DNA of 64,000 nt, taken from NCBI GenBank assembly GCA_025061115.1, contig JANZKC010000004.1, positions 64,001 through 128,000 on the forward strand. Reading direction: 5' to 3'. Below, piece after piece: positions 30,455 to 40,152 of this stretch (positions within the stretch are counted from its first letter, which is position 1; each line of letters begins with the position of its first letter). Made by a program: the position numbers and the translations under genes. The notes beneath the pieces are model-generated. The model was not told the origin of the DNA. It saw only the letters and a program-made list of their open reading frames with translations, and did no database searches. Source of the DNA: Candidatus Culexmicrobium cathedralense (GTDB lineage Archaea; Thermoproteota; Methanomethylicia; Culexarchaeales; Culexmicrobiaceae).

Positions 30455-31204
30455 ATGCCTCTGAACAAAGGGGACTTCATACTAATCGACTTCGTAGCCA
30501 AAGTGAAGGACACCGGCGAAATATTCGATTTAACTATTGAGGAGGTTGCGAAGAAGGAGAACATCTACCGTGAAGATGAAATTTATGAGCCGATGCTAGT
30601 GGTAATAGGGGAAGGCTGGATTCTCCCTGGGCTTGAAGAAGAACTGATGAAGATGAAGCCGGGCGAGCAAAAGGTAATTGAGCTCCCCCCGGAAAAGGCC
30701 TTTGGAGCAAGAGATCCATCCAAAGTTAAGATTGTTCCAGCTAGGGAGCTAACTAAAAGAGGCATAACCCCGCGCCCGGGAACACGAGTCGAAATCAACG
30801 GCAACTTTGCAGTAATTAGGAGTGTTGGCGGAGGGCGAGTTGTACTCGACTTCAACCACCCCCTAGCCGGTAAGACGCTAGTGTATGATGTTAAGATAGT
30901 TAAGAAGCTGAAGAGTGCGAAGGAGAAGATTCTGGCCTTAATTCACAGGAGAATTCCGCGCGTACCTGAGGAGAAATTCGAAGTTAAGGTTAGAGGCGAA
31001 GATGTCACCATAGAGCTGCCGGAGGAGGCGTACTTCGTAGATGGACTTCAATTCGCCAAGCGGGGAATCGCAAGGGACATTGAAAAGTTTTTCTCAAACA
31101 TAAAGTCGGTGAAGTTCGTTGAGAAGTACGTTTTTAAGCGCGAAGCCGAAAAGGCGGCGGCTACTAAGAAAGAATCGGCCGAAGAACAGCCTTCAAAAGC
31201 TTGA
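30455..31204 (+). CDS. Long-type FKBP peptidyl-prolyl isomerase (SlyD-like)
   Basis: LPPEKAFG.RD, DFNHPLAGKTL, archaeal C-terminal domain. Confidence 0.94.
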   Translation: MPLNKGDFILIDFVAKVKDTGEIFDLTIEEVAKKENIYREDEIYEPMLVVIGEGWILPGLEEELMKMKPGEQKVIELPPEKAFGARDPSKVKIVPARELTKRGITPRPGTRVEINGNFAVIRSVGGGRVVLDFNHPLAGKTLVYDVKIVKKLKSAKEKILALIHRRIPRVPEEKFEVKVRGEDVTIELPEEAYFVDGLQFAKRGIARDIEKFFSNIKSVKFVEKYVFKREAEKAAATKKESAEEQPSKA

Positions 31205-31625
31205 AATTCAATGGGCAGTTGATTTCATCTAGGAGCTTCTCGATTTTAACTTTATCTCCATCCCTTAGGCCCTGTGGCTGGCAAAGCAACTTAAACGCGC
31301 ATGTTTCTTGGCATAGTATGGGGTAATACGCTATGATTACTCCCTCAACAGCCAGCCGCTTCTCAATCGCTGCTTCAACAGCTGCCTCCACAACCTCTAC
31401 GACAACCACTCTTTCTTCATGTAGTGGGCATATGTGGCTTTTCCTTCTAACGCCTACAACTTCATATACTCTGCCAACCTTCAAGTTCTCTATACAAACT
31501 TTTCGCAGTGAGCAGTTGGTGCACTCCTCAGCTCCTCCCTCATGAATAAACTTGTAGCCAATTCTCGCGCATTTTTCGCTGAGCAATGTTATCTTCCTAC
31601 TCGATAACCCCTGTGATCCTTGCAA
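31164..31625 (-). CDS. UPF0179 family protein
   Basis: KITL, C..C.LR..C..NL..GRVYEV, H.CPLHE; usual neighbour of egsA. Confidence 0.88.
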   Translation of the reverse strand: MQGSQGLSSRKITLLSEKCARIGYKFIHEGGAEECTNCSLRKVCIENLKVGRVYEVVGVRRKSHICPLHEERVVVVEVVEAAVEAAIEKRLAVEGVIIAYYPILCQETCAFKLLCQPQGLRDGDKVKIEKLLDEINCPLNFKLLKAVLRPILS

Positions 31626-32649
31626 CTTTCTCGGCAGCCTCCCATGAGAGTCCAGATTCCCCTAATATAGTATATCTATCAGGCCTTATTTTATGAGCTA
31701 TCGTTAGGGCTTTGATGATTTCGTAGTCGCTGACGCCAAGCTCCTTAGCAGTCGTTGGTGCACCTATGATCTTTAAGGTTTTTCTTATTTTCCTCCAATT
31801 TCCTCCATGAAGGTACATCATCATGATAGCTCCTACACCGCACTGCTCTCCATGCAGCGCTGGCTTCTTGGCTATCAGGTCGAGTGCGTGGCTGAAGAGG
31901 TGTTCCGATCCGCTGCAGGGCCTGCTACTTCCTGCTATGCACATTGCAATTCCACAGCTTATGAGTGCTTCAACAATTGTCCTCAAGCTTTCCGGCATCC
32001 GCCTAGAAATGTACTCTGCATGCTTAACCACTATGTTCGCTGAGAGAACTGCCAGTGACGCAGCGTAATCTCCGTAGTACTCTCCCCTAAGCTTATGGGC
32101 TAGCCTCCAGTCTCTAACCGCCGTGAATTTAGCAATGATGTCGCCGCATCCGCTGGCGAGCAGCCTGTATGGCGCTTGAATTATGAGGTCCACGTCTGCT
32201 ATGATGGCAACTGGAGGTTTTGCCGGCATAGAGGTGGGGCCGTTCAGCCCCCTTAGCGATGCACGTGGAGAAGCTATTCCATCATGGCTTGCTGCCGTTG
32301 GCATGCTTATAAATGGAATGTTTTCCTTGAATGCGGAGAGCTTCGCGATGTCTATTGCCTTTCCTCCTCCAACTCCTATAACTGCTCTAGCTTTAACTTC
32401 CCTAACCAGCTCTCTAACCTTATTGACTTCAGCTATTGACGACTCAGCCGAAACGTGGATTGTGGCATTTATCTTTGATTCTTCAAGGATTTCTTTCACC
32501 CTATCGCCTGCAATTCTCCTAACTTTAGGTCCAGTTACGATTACTGCAGACTCGCCTATTCCAAGACGTTTACAGACTTGAGCAATTAAATTCAGCGTTC
32601 CTGAGCCAACTACGATATCCTGGGGGAGCTTTATTTCGTGAATTCTCAT
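31597..32649 (-). CDS. egsA: Glycerol-1-phosphate dehydrogenase
   Basis: GVGGGKAID, PTAASHDGIAS, SRPCSGSEHLFSHA, HGEQCG. Confidence 0.97.
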   Translation of the reverse strand: MRIHEIKLPQDIVVGSGTLNLIAQVCKRLGIGESAVIVTGPKVRRIAGDRVKEILEESKINATIHVSAESSIAEVNKVRELVREVKARAVIGVGGGKAIDIAKLSAFKENIPFISMPTAASHDGIASPRASLRGLNGPTSMPAKPPVAIIADVDLIIQAPYRLLASGCGDIIAKFTAVRDWRLAHKLRGEYYGDYAASLAVLSANIVVKHAEYISRRMPESLRTIVEALISCGIAMCIAGSSRPCSGSEHLFSHALDLIAKKPALHGEQCGVGAIMMMYLHGGNWRKIRKTLKIIGAPTTAKELGVSDYEIIKALTIAHKIRPDRYTILGESGLSWEAAEKVARITGVIE

Positions 32650-32773
32650 TTAATCACAGCCTTAAGGCTCTTCAAACTACTTACTAAAATTTAAAGTAAC
32701 ACTTAAATAGTCGTCGCTATTCACTTTATGCGAAGCTTTTACGCGCAGCTACTTTTCGCTGGAGGAGCACTTC

Positions 32774-33421
32774 ATGATGCATCCTAATTTCACAGGAGGG
32801 CAAGTTGATTCTTCGCTGAAGATTGCGGTTACTGGGACAACTACAGTTGGTGTAATTTGCCGTGATGGCGTGATCCTTGGAGCTGATCGAAGGGTCACCG
32901 CAGGGCACTACATCGTTCACAAGAAAGTTAAGAAGATATTCAAGCTCGATGAGCATCTGGCTGCGACGATGGCCGGAGTGGTTGCGGATGCCCAGCAGAT
33001 AATGGAGGTGGCGAGCTCCAACATTAAGCTTTATAGGTACTCGACTGGAGTGCCAATTAAAGTTAAGTCAGCAGCAACTCTATTGTCCAACATCTTGGCC
33101 GGCGCGAGGCTGCTGCCCTACATAGTTCAAGTGCTAGTTGGAGGAGTGGATGTCACTGGGCCAAGGCTATTCTCATTGGATCCCTTCGGATCTCTAACTG
33201 AGGAGACTTTCATAGCGACTGGCTCCGGCTCGCCGGCTGCATTAGGGGTGTTGGAGGATGCCTATAAGCCTGAAATGAGCGTTGATGAAGCTCTAAAAGT
33301 GGTAGTTAGAGCGATTAAGGCTGCTATGAAGAGGGACCCCGCAAGTGGAGAGGGTTTCGACTTAGTTGTGATTACTCGTGAAGGCTGCCGAGAGCTGCCT
33401 TGCGAGCAGATTGAAGGGTAG
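32774..33421 (+). CDS. psmB: Proteasome subunit beta
   Basis: Propeptide then TG/TTTVG, ATGSGS, RDPASG. Confidence 0.97.
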   Translation: MMHPNFTGGQVDSSLKIAVTGTTTVGVICRDGVILGADRRVTAGHYIVHKKVKKIFKLDEHLAATMAGVVADAQQIMEVASSNIKLYRYSTGVPIKVKSAATLLSNILAGARLLPYIVQVLVGGVDVTGPRLFSLDPFGSLTEETFIATGSGSPAALGVLEDAYKPEMSVDEALKVVVRAIKAAMKRDPASGEGFDLVVITREGCRELPCEQIEG

Positions 33422-33459
33422 TGCAATAATCGTAAAGGCGGTATAGGTGGAGGTTCAAC

Positions 33460-35373
33460 ATGGTGATTGAAGATACGTTAGTGATGATTAGAGAGGTTAT
33501 CTTGAAAACGGTTCCGCTTGATGCGCGCATCACTAGAATTGAATTTGAAGGCCCTGAAATAGCAATATACTCGGCGAACCCTAAAGTCCTAATTGAAGAC
33601 GAGTCCATAGTCCGCAAAATAGCTAAGGTAATTAAAAAGAGGATTATTGTTAGAAGCGACCCGAAGGTTAGAGCACCTCAAGATAGAGTTGTTGAAGTTG
33701 TAAAGGAGAAGATTCCACCTGAAATTCAAGTTGGAGAAATATACTTCGATGACTCTTTTGGCGAAGTGATCATAGAGGTCGACAAGCCAGGCCTAGTTAT
33801 AGTTAAGCACGGTGATGCTCTAAGGCAAATAGCCTTAGAAACCAATTGGCGGCCGAGAGTTATTAGAAAGCCTCCCATGAATTCGATAACCTTGGATTGG
33901 GTTAAAAGCCTCACTCTCCAGGAAAGTAATTACAGGAAGAAAATTTTGCGAAACGTCGGCTCCCGCATTCACCGCCCAATTGTGTTTAAGTCAGGCGACA
34001 TACGCATAACATGCCTGGGAGGCTTCAGGGAGGTTGGCCGCTCAGCAATACTCGTAGAGACACCTGAAAGCATGATTCTGCTGGACTGCGGCGTGAAAAC
34101 AGGAGTTTCATACTCCATAAACGAGTTTCCGCGGCTTGACGCGCCTGAATTTGACATTGAGCGGCTTGATGCAGTCGTAATTTCTCATGCCCACCTAGAT
34201 CACTGCGGCTTCCTTCCCTTCCTATTCAAGTACGGTTATGATGGGCCGGTTTACTGCACTAAGCCCACGAGGGATTTGATGGCCCTCCTCCAAGTAGATT
34301 ACCTGGAAGTAGCAGCGAGAGAGGGCGGATTGACGCCATATACCATGAGGGAAGTGCGTGAAGCACTGCTACATACTATCCCTCTGGACTTTGGAGAGGT
34401 AACGGATATAGCGCCTGATGTCAGATTAACCTTCCATAACTCAGGCCACATATTGGGCTCAGCCATGGTTCACCTGCATATAGGTGAAGGAGCACACAAC
34501 CTCGTGTACACCGGCGATTTCAAGTTTGGCAGAACGCGTCTGCTGGAGCCTGCCACCTACGTCTTTCCTAGAGTTGAGACGTTAATTATTGAGAGCACTT
34601 ACGGTGCTCCATCCGACGTTCTTCCACAGCGAATTGAAGCTGAGCATCAGCTAATAGAAATCGTCAGCCAAACAATAAGCCGAGGAGGGAAGGTGCTCAT
34701 TCCAGTATTATCTGTTGGAAGAGCTCAGGAGATAATGCTTGTGTTAAATGAAGCTTTCACTATGAAGTACCTGCCAAAGGTGCCAGTTTACGTTGAAGGG
34801 ATGGTTCAGGAAGCAACAGCCATTCACATGGCATATCCTGAAAACCTTTCAAAGTCATTGAGAGAGAAGATGCTTCACAAGAATGAGAACCCATTCATGG
34901 GAGAAGAATTTCACCTCGTCTCTCCAAGAACTAATAGGGAGGAGCTCGTGGAAGGTGACCCCTGCATAATAATTGCCACTTCAGGAATGCTCACAGGCGG
35001 CCCAGCACTAGAATACTTCAGACTCATGGCTTCGGACGAGAAGAACTCAATCGTATTCGTTTCATATCAAATTTCGGGGACACTTGGACGCAGAGTTCTA
35101 AGCGGAGTGAAGGAAATTCCAATAGTAACTCGAGGAGGTAAAAGCGAAATAATTCAAGTGAAACTTCGAGTGCATTCAATTCAAGGATTCTCAGGGCATA
35201 GCGATAGGCGGCAGCTACTTGGCTTCATGAAGAGAGTTACTCCAAGGCCGGAGAAAGTCATAGTGTGCCATGGAGAGGAGGCTAAAGCTGTAAATCTAGC
35301 AGAAACATTTCAGCAAATATTTAAGGTAAATGCTTACGCTCCACACAACTTGGAAACCATTCGCCTAAAGTAG
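33460..35373 (+). CDS. fttA: aCPSF1 / transcription termination factor FttA
   Basis: Two KH domains (EFEGPEI) plus MBL (SHAHLDH) and beta-CASP (GFSGHSD); follows psmB. Confidence 0.96.
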   Translation: MVIEDTLVMIREVILKTVPLDARITRIEFEGPEIAIYSANPKVLIEDESIVRKIAKVIKKRIIVRSDPKVRAPQDRVVEVVKEKIPPEIQVGEIYFDDSFGEVIIEVDKPGLVIVKHGDALRQIALETNWRPRVIRKPPMNSITLDWVKSLTLQESNYRKKILRNVGSRIHRPIVFKSGDIRITCLGGFREVGRSAILVETPESMILLDCGVKTGVSYSINEFPRLDAPEFDIERLDAVVISHAHLDHCGFLPFLFKYGYDGPVYCTKPTRDLMALLQVDYLEVAAREGGLTPYTMREVREALLHTIPLDFGEVTDIAPDVRLTFHNSGHILGSAMVHLHIGEGAHNLVYTGDFKFGRTRLLEPATYVFPRVETLIIESTYGAPSDVLPQRIEAEHQLIEIVSQTISRGGKVLIPVLSVGRAQEIMLVLNEAFTMKYLPKVPVYVEGMVQEATAIHMAYPENLSKSLREKMLHKNENPFMGEEFHLVSPRTNREELVEGDPCIIIATSGMLTGGPALEYFRLMASDEKNSIVFVSYQISGTLGRRVLSGVKEIPIVTRGGKSEIIQVKLRVHSIQGFSGHSDRRQLLGFMKRVTPRPEKVIVCHGEEAKAVNLAETFQQIFKVNAYAPHNLETIRLK

Positions 35374-35381
35374 TAGGGGTC

Positions 35382-35933
35382 TCACCTATACACTTCACGA
35401 AGTAGCCTCCACAGCCTATCGCCGACATAGTGCAGGTTTTTGACGACCTTGCCCTTCTTGATGTTCTTCAATTCGGCTGAAGATGTGAGCGCAATGCCGA
35501 TTGCTATAACTTTTTGATACATTTCATCGACGATAGCCACTGGATCTCCAGTTTCAAATGCTCCTTCAGTTCGAACCACTCCAGGAGCCATCACGTCAGC
35601 TCCATTAGCAATATGGGGGATTGCTCCTCGATCAACGACTATTTTGGGGAGGTCCTCGGAGCAAACATGCATTGCAGTTATTGTAGGTATAAGCGTGTTC
35701 TCATTGAGCTTGATTAGCACCGGGCGCCCATCTATGGAGTAGATTTCATGTCCCTTATTCGTAACCATGTACTCGACATTAACTCTTTTGGAGCTAATCG
35801 CCAATGAAGCATAGAGCTTCGGGTACAGCTTGCTCAACATGTGCAAAATACTTTTTGTTTCTCTCCCCCTTAAAGGGTGTCTGTGCTTCACTTTCAACGC
35901 TGCCCCTCCCGAAACCTGATTAACAGCTAGCAA
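35382..35933 (-). CDS. PUA-domain RNA-binding protein (DUF1947, Tma20/MCT-1-like)
   Basis: VVDRGAIPHIANGADVMAPG, NLHYVGD. Confidence 0.9.
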   Translation of the reverse strand: MLAVNQVSGGAALKVKHRHPLRGRETKSILHMLSKLYPKLYASLAISSKRVNVEYMVTNKGHEIYSIDGRPVLIKLNENTLIPTITAMHVCSEDLPKIVVDRGAIPHIANGADVMAPGVVRTEGAFETGDPVAIVDEMYQKVIAIGIALTSSAELKNIKKGKVVKNLHYVGDRLWRLLREVYR

Positions 35934-35982
35934 CCGTTATTTTTAAATTGTAGCGATTATTTTACCATGACAGCAGACACTG

Positions 35983-36222
35983 GTGATGTCAATGGCAGAG
36001 TCTACGACTATTGAAGTCCTATCCAAGGCTCTTGGAGGCCTTGTTCTAGTTAAGCTTAAGGGCGGTAGAGCTCTTAGAGGAATTTTAAAGAGCTTTGATC
36101 AACACTTAAACCTCGTGTTGGAGGACGCTGAGGAAATAGTTGAAAGTGGAGAGCCGAAGAAGCTTGGAACACTTATTATTAGAGGCGACAACGTCGTTTT
36201 AATATCGCCCTCCGAAACGTGA
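35983..36222 (+). CDS. Sm-like archaeal protein (SmAP1/Lsm)
   Basis: [21 protein letters not shown]; upstream of rpl37e. Confidence 0.95.
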   Translation: MMSMAESTTIEVLSKALGGLVLVKLKGGRALRGILKSFDQHLNLVLEDAEEIVESGEPKKLGTLIIRGDNVVLISPSET

Positions 36223-36236
36223 TGGGGGAATAGTAA

Positions 36237-36425
36237 ATGACTAAAGGAACACCGTCATTTGGCAAGAGAGGTAGGCGTAAAACGCACATACGCTGCAGGC
36301 GATGTGGAAGGCACTCTTATCACATTAGGAAGAAGTACTGTGCAGCATGCGGATTTGGAAGATCCAGTCGCATAAGAAGATATTCTTGGGCTAACAAGAA
36401 GGTCAATAGAGTTCGAGTGAGGTAA
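36237..36425 (+). CDS. rpl37e: 50S ribosomal protein L37e
   Basis: [26 protein letters not shown]. Confidence 0.98.
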   Translation: MTKGTPSFGKRGRRKTHIRCRRCGRHSYHIRKKYCAACGFGRSSRIRRYSWANKKVNRVRVR

Positions 36426-36569
36426 ATAACTTAAATTGGATTCTACAACTTAAGCATTTGAGCCGACAATTTAATGGGCGGAAAGCCTATTCAATTATGT
36501 GCGCTAAGTGCTCATGAGAACTTTCAGCTTTCACTAAAAGCCGTAGCTGAAGCAGCTAAAAGTAGTTGT

Positions 36570-36646
36570 TGGTGGACCGGGCGGGATTTGAACCCGCGCC
36601 CTCCCGCATGCCAAGCGGGCGCTCTTCCAGTCTGAGCTACCGGCCC
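36570..36646 (-). tRNA. tRNA-Ala(GGC)
   Basis: CCCGC-TTGGCAT-GCGGG anticodon arm, G3:U70 pair, encoded CCA. Confidence 0.97.
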
Positions 36647-36749
36647 ACTAAAAATCGTGGATGGTTAAGATTTAAACTTTGCCTATATTGCCTTGCAGCT
36701 ATTCAGCACTCCGCAAGTGCACTTCTTTGCCAGTCCCTTATCACCTAAG

Positions 36750-37121
36750 TCAACTTAAAATTTCATTTAGGGCTTCCTCAACAGTCACTTCTCGCTTTAC
36801 CTTAAATATCAATATGCCGTGCTGCTCCAGTATGGATGTAACGGTCGGCCCAATTTCCCGGGCAATTACAGCATTTATCCCCGAGTCTATGAGCATCTTA
36901 GCTACTATTGGCCCAACGCCATGGGAGTAGGAAAGCACGGGGTTCCTAAGCACTTTAACTTCCTTCACTTCTCCCTCCTTAACTTCGACTATGGTGAATG
37001 ATGGAGCTCTTCCGAAGACATTTGAAACCTTATCCTCCAATCCGCCCTCCCCAAATGATGGGATTGCAACAACCATTTTCCTACTCTTATCCAATCTGAG
37101 CACCATTTTGTGCAATTGCAC
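36750..37121 (-). CDS. NifB/NifX-family (dinitrogenase FeMo-cofactor-binding-like) protein
   Basis: VFGRAPSFTIV, HGVG, IGP; true start probably nearer 37076. Confidence 0.88.
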   Translation of the reverse strand: MQLHKMVLRLDKSRKMVVAIPSFGEGGLEDKVSNVFGRAPSFTIVEVKEGEVKEVKVLRNPVLSYSHGVGPIVAKMLIDSGINAVIAREIGPTVTSILEQHGILIFKVKREVTVEEALNEILS

Positions 37122-37375
37122 TTAATTATTTAAGAATTTATCGCTAATTTGGAAATTGCTGTTGGAGCTCCCTGCCCAGATCTAAATGTCTTTTTAATTT
37201 TTTCATAAAAATCTTAAGATTATTTGTATAGTGGCCAGAATTTAGGGAGAAACGAGCTAACCCTTCTCTTCTTTTGAGTAACCGATTTCTACGAATCCGG
37301 TAACAATAGATATTATTGCTTCTAAAGAATGAATTCAGCTGTAGCAGTTCTATAGAGGAAACTTAAGATAATTTT

Positions 37376-37462
37376 TGGAGCCCCGGGCGGGATTTGAACC
37401 CGCGACCAACGGCTTTCCTGCATTGTTACAAGGCCGCCGCTCTACCGCTGAGCTACCGGGGC
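37376..37462 (-). tRNA. tRNA-Thr(TGT) with 12-nt intron at 37/38 (37415-37426)
   Basis: GCCCCGG acceptor, CT-TGT-A then intron ACAATGCAGGAA; CTTG/CAGG central helix; 75 nt after splicing. Confidence 0.95.
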
Positions 37463-37479
37463 TCCTCCAGCAATATAGG

Positions 37480-38076
37480 TTAATTGGAGTGGAATTTATT
37501 TTTTAAGGTGAAGTACGCGGGGGAAAGCCCCTTAGCTATGATGTTTGCAATTCTTAGAGGCTCCGGAGTTCTCCCCCAAACTGTGATTTTCCGCAAAAAT
37601 TCCTCTGCCTCACTCAGCGTCGTGCCGATAACTTCCACGTATAGGGGGTTTTCTTCAGGTTTAACTTGCACCATATGTATTCCCTTGGAAGCTTCAATTA
37701 CTCTCTCTATAATTCTCCACCTCACCCTCCAGTCGCTGAAGTGTTTTTGAAGGGCGCTTAGAACCTCCCTATTATTAGGCTTGTCCTTGCTTACGATCAC
37801 CAATGGGACTTTGAACTTCCTCCACAGCTTTACGGCATCTATTAGGTTGAATCCTGCGAATGATATTCCTCCGAGAAGTACGTAATCTATTGGAGCAGCC
37901 TTATCTAAGATTAGTGCGGCCTTTTCTGTGGCGTCGAGTCCATCCACTTCAATGCTCTCACTTACAATTTTCACTATTCTCATACCGCTCAACTTAACTC
38001 CTACGAGTAGAGTCTTCCCTCCTCTTTTCGGGCGCTTACTTGGAAGTTTTCCATCTTCAATTCCAAGAATTCTCAT
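37480..38076 (-). CDS. DUF99 family protein (endonuclease V-like fold)
   Basis: LGIEDG, VDGLDAT, GISFAGFN, PEPLRIA. Confidence 0.9.
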   Translation of the reverse strand: MRILGIEDGKLPSKRPKRGGKTLLVGVKLSGMRIVKIVSESIEVDGLDATEKAALILDKAAPIDYVLLGGISFAGFNLIDAVKLWRKFKVPLVIVSKDKPNNREVLSALQKHFSDWRVRWRIIERVIEASKGIHMVQVKPEENPLYVEVIGTTLSEAEEFLRKITVWGRTPEPLRIANIIAKGLSPAYFTLKNKFHSN

Positions 38077-39284
38077 TTCATCCCTGCCTGTCCAACGGCT
38101 TTAGCTAGAAATTCATCGCTTAGCAGTCCTTCCCTTAAGCTCTTCTCGCTTATGCTTAGCCTAATAACTTTAGTTCTTCCATATCTCCCTTTACTAACGA
38201 CCTTGGCATTCACTATTCCAAGCATGTCCAGCTCATTGATTAGATCGGTCACTCTTCTTTGAGTCAGCTCGTCTAAACTTAGTTGCTTGCACATTTCCCT
38301 ATAGGCATTGTACAGCTCTCCAGTAGTTGCCTCCTTCTTGCCTGAAGTGCTTAGTAAGTGTAAGGCCAGCACCACTATCTTTGAGTGGAGAGGCAGGGTT
38401 CTAAGCACTTCAACAACTCTATCCCTTTCAATTTCTCTATGTGCTTTGCGCACGTGCTCAACTCTAACTTTATCGCAGCCTTCTCGCTCAGCTATTTCGC
38501 CGGCAATTCTCAGTAGGTCAAGAGCCCTCCTTGCGTCTCCATGTTCCTTAGCGGCTAAGGCGGCGCAGAGCTCAATCACTCCCTCCTCAATCACCCCGGG
38601 CTTAAAGGCATCTCGTGCCCTCATCCTTAAGATATCTTCAAGCTCTGGAGCAGTATATGGCGGGAAGACGAGCTCTTCCTCGCCTAGGCTGCTTAGAACT
38701 CTAGCGCTTAGGTAGTCGGTGAACTTCAGGTCATTTGTTATTCCTATAATGCATACTTTAGACCTGCGTAGCTCGGTGTGAACTCTAGTTAGCTTGTATA
38801 GCAGGTCATCTCCACTTTTCTTTACTAGGGCGTCGACTTCGTCTAAAACTACAATTAATATTCCTCCACGCCTATCTATTCCTCCAATGAACCTCTTAAA
38901 GACCTCAGCTGTTGACAGCCCTGTGAAAGGCACTTGAACGCCAACTGCCTCGCATAACTTTGCAAGCACTCTGTAGTTGGTGTCTTCATGTCTGCAGTTG
39001 ACGTACACCGTAGATAGCTCTGTTTCAGCTCTCCTCCTCTTCTCCAAAGCCTTAAGCACGTGCTTTGTAACGGCAGTCTTTCCAGTTCCAGTTAACCCGT
39101 AAAGGAAGACGTTTGAAGGTCTCTCGCCTTGAAGGGCTGGAGCAAGTATCTTAGCTAGAGCTACAATTTGATTCTCCCTATGCGGAAGCTCATCTGGAAT
39201 GTAGTCTGGCCTCAAAAGCTCCCTATTCTTGAAGATCTTGGAGTATAGCACCCTCGAAAACAGCTCATCAAGTATCTTCGACAA
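38073..39284 (-). CDS. cdc6: ORC1/Cdc6 replication initiator
   Basis: GLTGTGKT, LDEVD, FPPY, GDARRALDLL, winged helix with GRYGRT. Confidence 0.97.
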   Translation of the reverse strand: MSKILDELFSRVLYSKIFKNRELLRPDYIPDELPHRENQIVALAKILAPALQGERPSNVFLYGLTGTGKTAVTKHVLKALEKRRRAETELSTVYVNCRHEDTNYRVLAKLCEAVGVQVPFTGLSTAEVFKRFIGGIDRRGGILIVVLDEVDALVKKSGDDLLYKLTRVHTELRRSKVCIIGITNDLKFTDYLSARVLSSLGEEELVFPPYTAPELEDILRMRARDAFKPGVIEEGVIELCAALAAKEHGDARRALDLLRIAGEIAEREGCDKVRVEHVRKAHREIERDRVVEVLRTLPLHSKIVVLALHLLSTSGKKEATTGELYNAYREMCKQLSLDELTQRRVTDLINELDMLGIVNAKVVSKGRYGRTKVIRLSISEKSLREGLLSDEFLAKAVGQAGMK

Positions 39285-39302
39285 ACTTTCACCAGCAGGT
39301 TA

Positions 39303-39320
39303 TTCCATTTGAAATATGGG
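39303..39320. promoter_or_regulatory. ORB-like Orc1/Cdc6 binding box immediately upstream of cdc6
   Basis: TTCCATTTGAAATATGGG resembles the ORB core TTCCAnTnGAAA plus G-string; about 20 bp from the start codon. Confidence 0.6.
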
Positions 39321-39402
39321 TATATAACCTTTCATGCAATTAAAATGCTTGCTCAGCCAAGCGAATATATACCTTCAATCAACGTATTATCATGGTGACG
39401 CC

Positions 39403-39744
39403 ATGGCTTTTAGAAGAGGATACAAAGCCGAAATCGAGCTAGTTGCAATGCTCAAATCCAATGGGTTCTATGCTGTTAGGCTTCCAATAAGTGGAGGGAG
39501 AAGTTTCCCATGCGACGTCTTAGCAGCTAAGGGAGACGATAGAAGAGCATACCAAGTTAAAGAAACGAAAGCTGACAGGGTTTACTTAAGCAAAGATGAG
39601 GTCGCGTTGCTCCTCAACTTCAGCAAAGCCTTCAACTTCAAAGCCTACGTGGCCGTAAAGTGGAAGGGGCGGAGAAAGAAGAAGTGGACCTTCATAGAAG
39701 TGAAAAGCGCTGAGCCGCTGAAAATAAAGTACGAAGAAACTTAA
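39403..39744 (+). CDS. Holliday junction resolvase Hjc-like nuclease
   Basis: G..AE.EL..ML...GFYAVR.P.SG, DVLA, YQVK in place of IEVK; start moved to ATG 39403. Confidence 0.82.
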   Translation: MAFRRGYKAEIELVAMLKSNGFYAVRLPISGGRSFPCDVLAAKGDDRRAYQVKETKADRVYLSKDEVALLLNFSKAFNFKAYVAVKWKGRRKKKWTFIEVKSAEPLKIKYEET

Positions 39745-39929
39745 ACCTCACCAATCGCCTTAGAAATCTCCTCAATAATTCCAGATATCTTCTCTTTAAG
39801 AGACCTATCATCAGTAACTTTCTCATAAAGCCTCAAGGCCATAATAACAACTTCAACATCACCCTTTCTGAGAGGAATGAAAACTTTTGCCTCGGTCAAC
39901 GCAAATCCCACCATACGGGCAGTGAACAC
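39741..39929 (-). CDS. Small hypothetical protein
   Basis: Short helical ORF with plausible composition, convergent with the hjc-like gene. Confidence 0.5.
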   Translation of the reverse strand: MFTARMVGFALTEAKVFIPLRKGDVEVVIMALRLYEKVTDDRSLKEKISGIIEEISKAIGEV

Positions 39930-40152
39930 TTAATTAATGATATATGCCCCTACCACTCTGAGTTCAAAGTGCTCCTACTAATATTTATAATTTTACAAAC
40001 GAAATCCTAAACCACCAACATAAACGCTTGAAAACCCAAGCAGAATACTCTAAAAATATTGAGTAAAAGTGAGTAGAAACCCTCTTACGTTGCCGTTATA
40101 CGTTCTTGGCTAGCATATCATCAAGCAGGGCGCTCAAGCTTAAGGTGCATTG

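Noticed and set aside
37122-37375. AT-rich gap with palindrome AATCTTAAGATT as a possible replication origin
   Set aside because: No convincing ORB repeats; the palindrome is AT-rich and unsupported
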